Below, in pieces: positions 6,870 through 13,902 of a stretch of 32,000 nt of DNA. The notes beneath the pieces were generated by a model that worked only from the letters and a program-made list of their open reading frames with translations, was not told the origin of the DNA and searched no databases. Numbering within the stretch: the first letter of the stretch is position 1; each line of letters begins with the position of its first letter. This DNA is from Thermococcus kodakarensis KOD1 (GTDB lineage Archaea > Methanobacteriota_B > Thermococci > Thermococcales > Thermococcaceae), in NCBI RefSeq assembly GCF_000009965.1, contig NC_006624.1, positions 1,860,001-1,892,000 on the forward strand. The letters are read 5' to 3'. The translations under genes and the position numbers were made by a program.

Positions 6870-9002
6870 ATGGATGAAAAGCTCGTCCCTGTGGTCTGCC
6901 CCTACTGCGGTGTGGGGTGCAGGCTGTACATTAGGAGTTCTGACGGCCATCCCCTTGGCATCGAGTACGCCAATGACATACCCGGAATCTCAAACGAAAA
7001 TGGAAAGCTCTGTCCCAAGGGCAACGCCGTTCTTGAGTACGTCCTCGCCCGGGACAGGCTTAAGAAGCCATTAAAGGCGAAGGAGCAAGGCAAGTTCGTC
7101 GAGATAAGCTGGAGTCAGGCCATAAAGGAGGTCGCCGAGAGGCTTAAGGAGTATTCAAAGGACGATCCGAATTCAATGATGTTCTTCGGCAGTGCAAAAA
7201 CTTTCAACGAGCCAAACTACCTTATACAGAAGCTGGCCAGAATGCTCGGAACCAACAACGTTGATCACTGCGCGAGACTCTGCCATGCATCAACAGTTTC
7301 CGGCCTCAAAGCCGTCTTCGGCGCTGGGGCGATGACGAACACATACAGGGACATTGAAGAGGCGAACGTTATCTTCATCATCGGCCACAACTTCGCCGAG
7401 ACTCACCCGGTTGGCTTCCGCTACGTTCTCAAGGCCAAGGAGAGGGGAGCTAAGGTCATAGTGGCCGACCCGCGCTTTACAAGGACAGCCTGGTTCGCCG
7501 ACATTTACCTGCAGCACTACCCCGGTACCGACATCGCCCTGATAAACGGCCTCATTCATGTCATCATAGAGGAGAGGCTCTACGACGAGAAGTTCGTCAG
7601 GGAGAGGTGCACGGGCTTCGATGAACTCGCCAAGACCGTTGAGAAGTTCACTCCCGGGTACGTCGAGAAGATAACCGGCGTTCCAGCAGATCTGATAGTC
7701 CAGGCCGCGAGGACGTTTGCAACGGGGGGGAAGGGCGTAATAACGTGGGCGATGGGAATAACCCAGCATACCCACGGACACGACAACGTGAGACTGCTCG
7801 CAACGCTTTCAGCCATATGTGGCTACCAGGGAAGGGAAGGCTGTGGAGTATCCCCAATGCGCGGCCAGAACAACGTCCAGGGAGCCTGCGACCTTGGAGT
7901 ACTTCCAAACGTCTTCCCCGGCTACAAAGCGGTTTCCGATCCTGAAGGGAGGAAGTTCTTCGAGGAGTTCTGGGGAACCGAGCTGAGCGGAGAGGTGGGA
8001 CTTACAGTCATCGAGGCTGCCCACGCCATAGAGAAGGGGAAGGTCAGGGCCTACTACGTCATGGGTGAGAACCCTGTCATAAGCGATGCTAACACCAACC
8101 ACGTCATCAAGGCCCTCCATAAGCTTGAGTTCATGGTCGTTCAGGACATAGTTCCCACACCGACCATGGAGTTCGCGGACATAGTTCTCCCGGCTGCGGC
8201 TATGCTTGAGAACGAGGGCTCCCTCACGAACACCGAGAGAAGGGTTCAGTGGAGTTTCCAGGCGATCAACCCGCCGGGGGAGGCGAGGCCGGACTGGTGG
8301 ATAGTCAGTGAGATAGGCAAGGCCGCTGGCTTCACAGGAGACGGGCCGAAGGGCTTCAACTATTCCGGCCCAGAGGACATTCTGCGTGAGGTCAACGCCT
8401 GCACCCCACAGTATCGGGGCATAACTCCAGAGAGGCTCAAGGCAAACTTAGCTGGAATACACTGGCCGTGCCCGAGTGAAGACCATCCCGGCACGAGGGT
8501 TCTCTACAAGGAGAGGTTCCTGACCAGCGATGGCAAGGCGCACCTCGCGGCCGTTGAGTACCGCGGGCCGGCTGAAACACCGGACGAGGATTACCCGTTC
8601 CTCCTGACGACAGTGAGGTACGTTGGCCACTACCACACCCTCACGATGACCGGAAGGAGCAGGGCCCTCGTCAAGAGGTGGCCCGAGCCCCTCGCTGAGA
8701 TACACCCTGAGGACGCCGAGAGACTTGGAATAAAGACCGGGGACTGGGTCAAAATCGTCACAAGAAGAGGAGAGTATCCGATCAGGGCAAAGGTCACGAG
8801 GACAGTCAAGAAGGGGGTTATAGCGGTTCCCTGGCACTGGGGAGCGAACGTCGTTACCAACGATGCCCTCGACCCAGTGGCCAAGATTCCGGAGACCAAG
8901 GCCTGCGCCTGCAAAGTCGTCAAGATTACGGAGGAAGAGGCCAGGGAGCTCATGAAGAAGGTACCTCCCGTTATACCAGAGATTGAAATTGTTAGGGGGT
9001 GA
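6870..9002 (+). CDS. fdhA: formate dehydrogenase catalytic subunit (Mo/W-bis-PGD family), Cys-type
   Basis: N-terminal [4Fe-4S] motif CPYCGVGCRL...C. Active-site region HCARLCHAST has Cys138 (TGC 7281-7283) where E. coli FdhH carries Sec. Length and context (HycB-like partner, FocA) fit an FDH. The track starts at 6837. I prefer ATG 6870 (MDEKLVPVVCPYC), preceded by GGAGGTG. Confidence 0.92.
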   Translation: MDEKLVPVVCPYCGVGCRLYIRSSDGHPLGIEYANDIPGISNENGKLCPKGNAVLEYVLARDRLKKPLKAKEQGKFVEISWSQAIKEVAERLKEYSKDDPNSMMFFGSAKTFNEPNYLIQKLARMLGTNNVDHCARLCHASTVSGLKAVFGAGAMTNTYRDIEEANVIFIIGHNFAETHPVGFRYVLKAKERGAKVIVADPRFTRTAWFADIYLQHYPGTDIALINGLIHVIIEERLYDEKFVRERCTGFDELAKTVEKFTPGYVEKITGVPADLIVQAARTFATGGKGVITWAMGITQHTHGHDNVRLLATLSAICGYQGREGCGVSPMRGQNNVQGACDLGVLPNVFPGYKAVSDPEGRKFFEEFWGTELSGEVGLTVIEAAHAIEKGKVRAYYVMGENPVISDANTNHVIKALHKLEFMVVQDIVPTPTMEFADIVLPAAAMLENEGSLTNTERRVQWSFQAINPPGEARPDWWIVSEIGKAAGFTGDGPKGFNYSGPEDILREVNACTPQYRGITPERLKANLAGIHWPCPSEDHPGTRVLYKERFLTSDGKAHLAAVEYRGPAETPDEDYPFLLTTVRYVGHYHTLTMTGRSRALVKRWPEPLAEIHPEDAERLGIKTGDWVKIVTRRGEYPIRAKVTRTVKKGVIAVPWHWGANVVTNDALDPVAKIPETKACACKVVKITEEEARELMKKVPPVIPEIEIVRG

Positions 9003-9007
9003 CCTGA

Positions 9008-9508
9008 ATGGCCAGAAAGACCGTTTTTATAGACTTTTCAAAGTGCATCGAGTGCCGCGCCTGTGAGGTAGCCTGCGAGCGCGAACACAACGGAAGATCA
9101 TTCATAAACGTCTTTGAATGGCAGGAAATGGCCGCGATGGCCCTCAACTGCCGCCACTGTGAGAAGGCTCCCTGCCTCGAGGTCTGCCCGACAAACGCAC
9201 TCTATCGCGATGGGGATGGAGCAGTTCTGCTCGCCCCCCAGAAGTGCATTGGCTGTCTGATGTGTGGAATCGTGTGCCCCTTTGGAATACCAGAGCTTGA
9301 CTCCCTTGACAAGATAATGATGAAGTGCGACCTCTGCGCCCACAGGAGAGCCGAAGGAAAGCTCCCGGCGTGTGTGGAAACCTGCCCGACCGATGCCCTT
9401 CTCTTCGGCGACTTCAACGACATCCAAAGGATGAGGAGACAAAAGTTCACCGAAAAGGCGATAGAGATAGCCAAGAGCGGCGAGAGAATACAGTTCAGGG
9501 GTGTGTAG
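9008..9508 (+). CDS. HycB/FdhB-like multi-[4Fe-4S] subunit
   Basis: Motifs CIECRACEVAC, CRHCEKAPCLEVCPTNA, CIGCLMCGIVCPFG and CDLC...CVETCPTDA. AGGGGGTGA lies upstream. It starts 5 nt after the fdhA stop. Confidence 0.87.
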   Translation: MARKTVFIDFSKCIECRACEVACEREHNGRSFINVFEWQEMAAMALNCRHCEKAPCLEVCPTNALYRDGDGAVLLAPQKCIGCLMCGIVCPFGIPELDSLDKIMMKCDLCAHRRAEGKLPACVETCPTDALLFGDFNDIQRMRRQKFTEKAIEIAKSGERIQFRGV

Positions 9509-9592
9509 GTATTTGTAGTTTCCTAACTTTTTCCTTACTCGTGGAGACGCATACCAAACGGGGGGTAGGGCGACCAAAAGTGCTGAAGAGGG

Positions 9593-10087
9593 ATGAAAAT
9601 GCCTGAAACGTTGAAGTGTTCCTTAATACCATTGGAACATCTTCCTAATGGTTTGGGAGTCCCGCAAATAGACCCAGAGCTCTGCATCGGTTGCGGCGCC
9701 TGTGTTAATGTTTGCCCTGCGGGTGCTCTGCAGGCTATAGACGACTACATGGAAGGTATCAGGAAGATATCCCTCAACATCGGAAAGTGCACTCCATGCA
9801 CTCGTTGTGAGGAGGTCTGCCCGACGGGGGCTATTAAGATAGCAACTTTTGAGGTTATCTCTCTGAGGAAAAGGGCTTACGTTGAGGTTGTGGAACTAAG
9901 GCTTCACCTATGTCCTGGTTGCGGGAACTATGCCGATTACACAGAGAGATCGCTGGAAAAGTCCCTCCAGATGCTTTCGGAAGGAATGTTTGATCGCGAT
10001 GAGATAGTGGGAAGGGCCGTTCTCTGCAGGAGTTGCCGCAGAAAGCTCACGGTAAATGAAACGATGAGAGCAAGTAGGGAGGGATAA
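9593..10087 (+). CDS. 2x[4Fe-4S] ferredoxin-domain protein with a C-terminal CxxC...CxxC module
   Basis: Motifs CIGCGACVNVCPAG and CTPCTRCEEVCPTG, then CPGCGNY...CRSCRRKL. Same architecture as 4636-5013. Confidence 0.7.
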   Translation: MKMPETLKCSLIPLEHLPNGLGVPQIDPELCIGCGACVNVCPAGALQAIDDYMEGIRKISLNIGKCTPCTRCEEVCPTGAIKIATFEVISLRKRAYVEVVELRLHLCPGCGNYADYTERSLEKSLQMLSEGMFDRDEIVGRAVLCRSCRRKLTVNETMRASREG

Positions 10088-10197
10088 GATGAACCTTCGT
10101 TCCTTTCTGTGTTTTCTCCGTGATACCACTCGGAAGGGCCTATCACGTGGGCTTGGAACATCTTGAGGAAAGGTTATGAAGAATAGGAGGTGATCGA

Positions 10198-11226
10198 ATG
10201 GTCGATCCGAAAGAACAAATCCTGTATGGTGTGGATACCACCTTTGAGGGGATAGCCAAGAAGGCCACCCCCAAGTTCAGAACAACCCCCGGAAGGTTAC
10301 TCTTTGCCGGCTTTATGGCTGGAGCGTTCATCGCCTTCGGATTCCTCTTGGCGGTGGTGGCGGCTTCCGGCTACAGCCCCAAGCTCTTCCCTGACAAGGG
10401 AAACATATCCGCCTTCAAGCTCCTCCTCGGTGCCGTCTTCCCTGTCGGCCTCATTGGGGTTGTCATAGGCGGTGCTGACCTCTGGACCGGCAACGTTCAG
10501 TTCCTCAGCTCCGCGAAGGTTAAGGGCTACGCCGACTTCAAGTGCGTCCTCTACAACTGGTTCGGAAGCTACGGGGGCAACTTCATAGGCTCAATCTTCC
10601 TTGCCCTGCTGGCAACTACCCTAACCGGACTCTTCGGCCACGTTGGAGACCCTAACACCTTTGGAAAAGTCACGGTGAGCATAGCCACGGGCAAGGTTTC
10701 AAAGGACATGCTCGCGCTGTTTTTCCTCGGCATCGGCTGTAACTGGCTCGTCAACCTTGCAATATGGCAGTCTGCTAGGGTTCAGGACGGGGCAGGTAAG
10801 ATACTCGCTATATGGTTCCCAATCTTTGCCTTCGTCGCCATAGGCTTTGAACACGCCATCGCCAACATGTGGGCGATCCCAACGGGGATACTCCTCAGCA
10901 ACTACACCATAACCTGGACAAAGTTCTTCCACAACCTGATCCCGGTGACCTTCGGCAACGCCGTCGGCGGCTTCCTCTTCGTCGCGTTCTACTACTGGTA
11001 CCTCAGCCACCCGGAGCTCACCGCCGAGAGGCTCATCAAGGAGATCGTTGACTTCCTGGTTGTCTTCATAGCATTCTGGATCGTCGCGACCCTCGTACCT
11101 GCTGGAATAGCAATGGCACTCGACAGCGCTCTCGGCAGTGGTGCAATGTACGCCGTTCCGCTTGCGCTTTCAATCTACTACATAGCGGGCACGTTCTTCC
11201 TGGCCAAGATTGCCAAGCCCGCCTGA
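10198..11226 (+). CDS. focA: formate/nitrite transporter family channel (FocA-like) with a C-terminal extension
   Basis: FNT signatures VIGGADLWTGN and GFEHAIANM. AGGAGGTGAT SD box. 342 aa, compared with roughly 270-285 aa that I recall for E. coli FocA/NirC. Confidence 0.9.
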   Translation: MVDPKEQILYGVDTTFEGIAKKATPKFRTTPGRLLFAGFMAGAFIAFGFLLAVVAASGYSPKLFPDKGNISAFKLLLGAVFPVGLIGVVIGGADLWTGNVQFLSSAKVKGYADFKCVLYNWFGSYGGNFIGSIFLALLATTLTGLFGHVGDPNTFGKVTVSIATGKVSKDMLALFFLGIGCNWLVNLAIWQSARVQDGAGKILAIWFPIFAFVAIGFEHAIANMWAIPTGILLSNYTITWTKFFHNLIPVTFGNAVGGFLFVAFYYWYLSHPELTAERLIKEIVDFLVVFIAFWIVATLVPAGIAMALDSALGSGAMYAVPLALSIYYIAGTFFLAKIAKPA

Positions 11227-11286
11227 TGCATTTTCCTTTATTACCCCCTAATTCGCAGCATTGAAGTTCTTAATTTAACTTTTAGA

Positions 11287-11315
11287 TTTGAACCATTGGT
11301 TCAAAACGAGCCGTT
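11287..11315. promoter_or_regulatory. SurR operator: a 19-bp perfect palindrome overlapping an exact extended motif GTTn3AACn5GTT
   Basis: TTTGAACCA-T-TGGTTCAAA (11287-11305) is a perfect palindrome. GTTcaaAACgagccGTT (11299-11315) matches the published SurR extended consensus exactly. It lies about 40-60 bp upstream of the mbh TATA box, as expected for an activated promoter. Confidence 0.7.
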
Positions 11316-11345
11316 TAATACCTTCTCTTGCCAAACAAAAGCTTG

Positions 11346-11362
11346 GGAAAAGCGTTTTAAGC
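11346..11362 (+). promoter_or_regulatory. BRE/TATA-like core promoter of the mbh operon
   Basis: GGAAAAGCGTTTTAAGC. It predicts a TSS near 11383, just upstream of the SD boxes and start codons at 11396 and 11419. Confidence 0.5.
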
Positions 11363-11418
11363 AGAATGAGAAATCGGAAGTGAGAGGTGCTGAAAATGTC
11401 TCATCTGGAGGTGGTAGT

Positions 11419-11922
11419 TTGCCGTTCATAGTGGCGTTCCTCTTCGCCTACATCGTGTGGCTGGTCTTAACAGCGGGAAGCAATGGACTGCTGTGGAGCA
11501 CGGAAGAGCTAGTGGCTGGACTGATATTCGCGGCAATAATCGGCTATGCGACGAAGGACGTGGTAGGTGAGAACTCAACGCGCTTCCTGAACCCTGTGAA
11601 ATGGCTCGGCTTCATAGCATATGCACCGGTTCTCTTCTGGGGCATGGTGAAGGCCAACTTCGACGTCGCTTACAGGGTCATAACAGGGAAGATAAGGCCG
11701 GGGATAGTCCGCGTCCCAGTTGACCTCAACAACGACGCCCAGTACACAATTCTCAGCAACTCGATCACACTCACCCCTGGAACCCTGACAGTTGAAGCCG
11801 ATCCGGAAGAAAAGGCGCTCTACGTTCACTGGATCAACGTGCCGGAGGGCCTTGAGAGGCCCGAAAGCTCGGAGCCGGTTGCTGGGCCCTTCGAAAAATG
11901 GGCCAGGAGGCTGGGAAGATGA
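11419..11922 (+). CDS. mbhA: membrane-bound hydrogenase subunit MbhA (MrpE-like)
   Basis: Contains the MrpE-type motif SITLTPGTLTVE. The track start at 11296 would place the SurR site and TATA box inside the gene. TTG 11419 has GGAGGTGG 4 nt upstream and gives 167 aa. GTG 11431 is an alternative start. Confidence 0.8.
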   Translation: MPFIVAFLFAYIVWLVLTAGSNGLLWSTEELVAGLIFAAIIGYATKDVVGENSTRFLNPVKWLGFIAYAPVLFWGMVKANFDVAYRVITGKIRPGIVRVPVDLNNDAQYTILSNSITLTPGTLTVEADPEEKALYVHWINVPEGLERPESSEPVAGPFEKWARRLGR

Positions 11923-12176
11923 TGGCATTCTTCTATGCGATGGTTCTCGTTGGGATAGCGGGTTTAATCTCGGTGCTGAGGCTCATACTCGGGCCAACGG
12001 TTCCCGACAGAGTAGTCGGCGTTGACACCCTCAACACGCTCGTCGTCGCGGGCATGGTTCTCCTCGGAGCGGCCTACGACAGGACGATCTACATCGACAT
12101 CGCGATAGTGTACGCCCTTCTGAGCTACATAGGCACGCTCGTGATAGCGAAGTACCTCCAGGGGGGATTGGCATGA
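11919..12176 (+). CDS. mbhB: MbhB (MrpF-like)
   Basis: MrpF-type motif GPTVPDRVVGVDTL. ATG 11919 forms an ATGA overlap with the mbhA stop. The track start at 11898 is an upstream extension. Confidence 0.82.
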   Translation: MMAFFYAMVLVGIAGLISVLRLILGPTVPDRVVGVDTLNTLVVAGMVLLGAAYDRTIYIDIAIVYALLSYIGTLVIAKYLQGGLA

Positions 12177-12544
12177 ACTACGTTGAAGTGCTCATCTACG
12201 TCTTCCTCGGAATAAGCGTGACCTTCAACCTCCTCGGAAGCTTCGCGCTCCTCCGCTTCCCCGACGTCTATACAAGGCTCCACGGCGCCACCAAGTGCAC
12301 GACCTTCGGGACTATCTTTGCCGTCTTCGCCGTCGTCACCCACGCCCTCTACCAGCTCCACAGGACAGGGGACTCCAAGTATCTCCAGATGGCCCTCCAC
12401 AGCTTCATTGCCCTCATAGCGCTCCTACTCACGAACCCGACGGGAGCTCACGCGATAGCCAAAGCGGCACACCTCAGCGGAGTCAAGCCGGTTAGAGCGG
12501 TTGTTGATGCCTACGAGGAGAAGCTCGGGGGTGGTTCCGAATGA
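12173..12544 (+). CDS. mbhC: MbhC (MrpG-like)
   Basis: MrpG-type motif LLRFPDVYTRLHGATKCTTFG. ATGA overlap with mbhB. Confidence 0.85.
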   Translation: MNYVEVLIYVFLGISVTFNLLGSFALLRFPDVYTRLHGATKCTTFGTIFAVFAVVTHALYQLHRTGDSKYLQMALHSFIALIALLLTNPTGAHAIAKAAHLSGVKPVRAVVDAYEEKLGGGSE

Positions 12545-12807
12545 ACGCCGTTGACCTTGATATGCTCATCCAGGCCATAATCCTCGTCGGAGTGCTGATC
12601 ACGGCCTATCTTACGATACGCTACCGCGACCTTCTGTCGGCGGCTTTGGCCTCGGCAGCGATGAGCCTCTTGCTCAGCCTTGAGTTCTACACCCTGCACG
12701 CGCCGGACGTTGCCATAGCCGAGGCTGCCGTCGGAGCGGGCGTTGTTACGGCCGTTGTTGTTTACGGCATCGCGAAGACGGAAAGGTGGGAGCGTGAGGT
12801 GCCATGA
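12541..12807 (+). CDS. mbhD: MbhD (small membrane subunit, MrpA C-terminal/DUF4040-like)
   Basis: HAPDVAIAEAAVGAGV motif, three hydrophobic helices, ATGA overlap. Confidence 0.8.
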   Translation: MNAVDLDMLIQAIILVGVLITAYLTIRYRDLLSAALASAAMSLLLSLEFYTLHAPDVAIAEAAVGAGVVTAVVVYGIAKTERWEREVP

Positions 12808-13100
12808 AGAGAACCTTAGCTTATCTGTCGCTCCTGTTCATACTCGGTGCGCTCCTCTACATAGCGAACCCCAACTACGGCCTCAAGTTCGGGCCCGGCG
12901 GAGAAGACTGGCTGAAGTACCGCTACACCGACAACTACTACATCGAGCACGGCGTTGAGGAAGTCGGCGGAACGAACATCGTTACCGACATCGTGTTCGA
13001 CTACCGTGGCTACGATACCCTTGGAGAGGCTACCGTTCTCTTCACCGCCATAGCCGGTGCAGTTGCCCTTCTAAGACCCTGGAGGAGGGATGAGGAATGA
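12804..13100 (+). CDS. mbhE: MbhE (MrpB-like, N-terminal part)
   Basis: MnhB-type motif FDYRGYDTLGEATVLF. ATGA overlap. Confidence 0.8.
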   Translation: MKRTLAYLSLLFILGALLYIANPNYGLKFGPGGEDWLKYRYTDNYYIEHGVEEVGGTNIVTDIVFDYRGYDTLGEATVLFTAIAGAVALLRPWRRDEE

Positions 13101-13546
13101 ACGACTCCGACATGGGTGTTATCGTCAGGACTGCTGCGAGGGCTACGATACCGCTCATCGGAATATTCGGGGCCTACGTTGTCATGCACGGCCACCTCAC
13201 ACCGGGTGGCGGCTTTCAGGGAGGAGCCACCATAGCAGGAGCCGGAATCCTGTTCCTGATAGCATTTGGATTAGGCGAGATGAAAAAGCGCTACAACAAG
13301 CACCTTTACTCTGCCCTCGAAGGCCTCGGCGGCCTCGTCTTCCTCGGTGCGGCGATGCTGGGTATAGGAACGGCCTTCTTCTACAATACCCTCTGGCACA
13401 ACGGCCCGTTCTTCAACGGAAAGCCTGGAACGCTGCTTTCCGCTGGATTCCTGCCGATAATGAACCTCGCAGTCGGACTGAAGGTCTTCACGGGACTTGT
13501 TAGTGCCCTAACTGCCATAGCCCTCTGGAGGAGGTGGAAGTCTTGA
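13097..13546 (+). CDS. mbhF: MbhF (MrpB-like)
   Basis: GHLTPGGGFQGGA motif, multiple TM helices, ATGA overlap. Confidence 0.82.
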   Translation: MNDSDMGVIVRTAARATIPLIGIFGAYVVMHGHLTPGGGFQGGATIAGAGILFLIAFGLGEMKKRYNKHLYSALEGLGGLVFLGAAMLGIGTAFFYNTLWHNGPFFNGKPGTLLSAGFLPIMNLAVGLKVFTGLVSALTAIALWRRWKS

Positions 13547-13902
13547 TTCAGTTCCAGTTCATAGTTGCGTTCCTCATGATAGCCCTCGGAATCTATGCGT
13601 TCCTCGCGAAGAGGAACCTGCTCAAGCTCGTGTTGGCGCTCAACATAATAGACGCTGGAATTCACCTGCTCCTCATCAGCCTCGGCTACAGAATGGAGCT
13701 CAACGAAGTCCCGACCGCCCCAATTTACACCGGGTACGAGACGCTCAAAAGCCCGATGGTCGGCCCGCTGCCGCAGGCGCTCGTCCTCACGAGCATAGTC
13801 ATCGGCGTCTGTGTGCTTTCCCTAGCCGTTGCCCTGACGATAAACGCCTACCGCCACTACGGAACCCTTGACGTGAGAGCCCTGAGGAGGTTGAGGGGAT
13901 GA
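13543..13902 (+). CDS. mbhG: MbhG (MrpC/NuoK-like)
   Basis: NuoK-like three-TM protein (LKLVLALNIIDAGIHLLLISLGY). The start is either TTG 13543 (a TTGA overlap, matching the coupling pattern of the operon, with GGAGGAGGTGG upstream) or GTG 13534 as in the ORF track. Confidence 0.78.
   Translation: MIQFQFIVAFLMIALGIYAFLAKRNLLKLVLALNIIDAGIHLLLISLGYRMELNEVPTAPIYTGYETLKSPMVGPLPQALVLTSIVIGVCVLSLAVALTINAYRHYGTLDVRALRRLRG

Noticed and set aside
7281-7283. Possible selenocysteine (in-frame TGA) at the FDH active site
   Set aside because: The codon aligned with the Sec/Cys ligand is TGC (Cys) and the ORF has no internal stop. No recoding is needed.
10119-10147. CGTGATA-N15-TATCACG inverted repeat between the ferredoxin gene and focA, containing both TGM half-sites
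   Set aside because: The half-sites are in the inverted order (GTGATA...TATCAC) and 15 nt apart, not TATCAC-N5-GTGATA. The site is also internal to an operon with no TATA box nearby. It may be an mRNA hairpin of 7 bp, but I would not call it a TGM operator.
11296-11418. 5' extension of mbhA in the ORF track (start at 11296)
   Set aside because: The extension would contain the SurR operator (11287-11315) and the BRE/TATA box (11346-11362). The encoded N-terminus is hydrophilic and unlike MrpE. A start at TTG 11419 with a GGAGGTGG SD box gives the expected length of about 167 aa.
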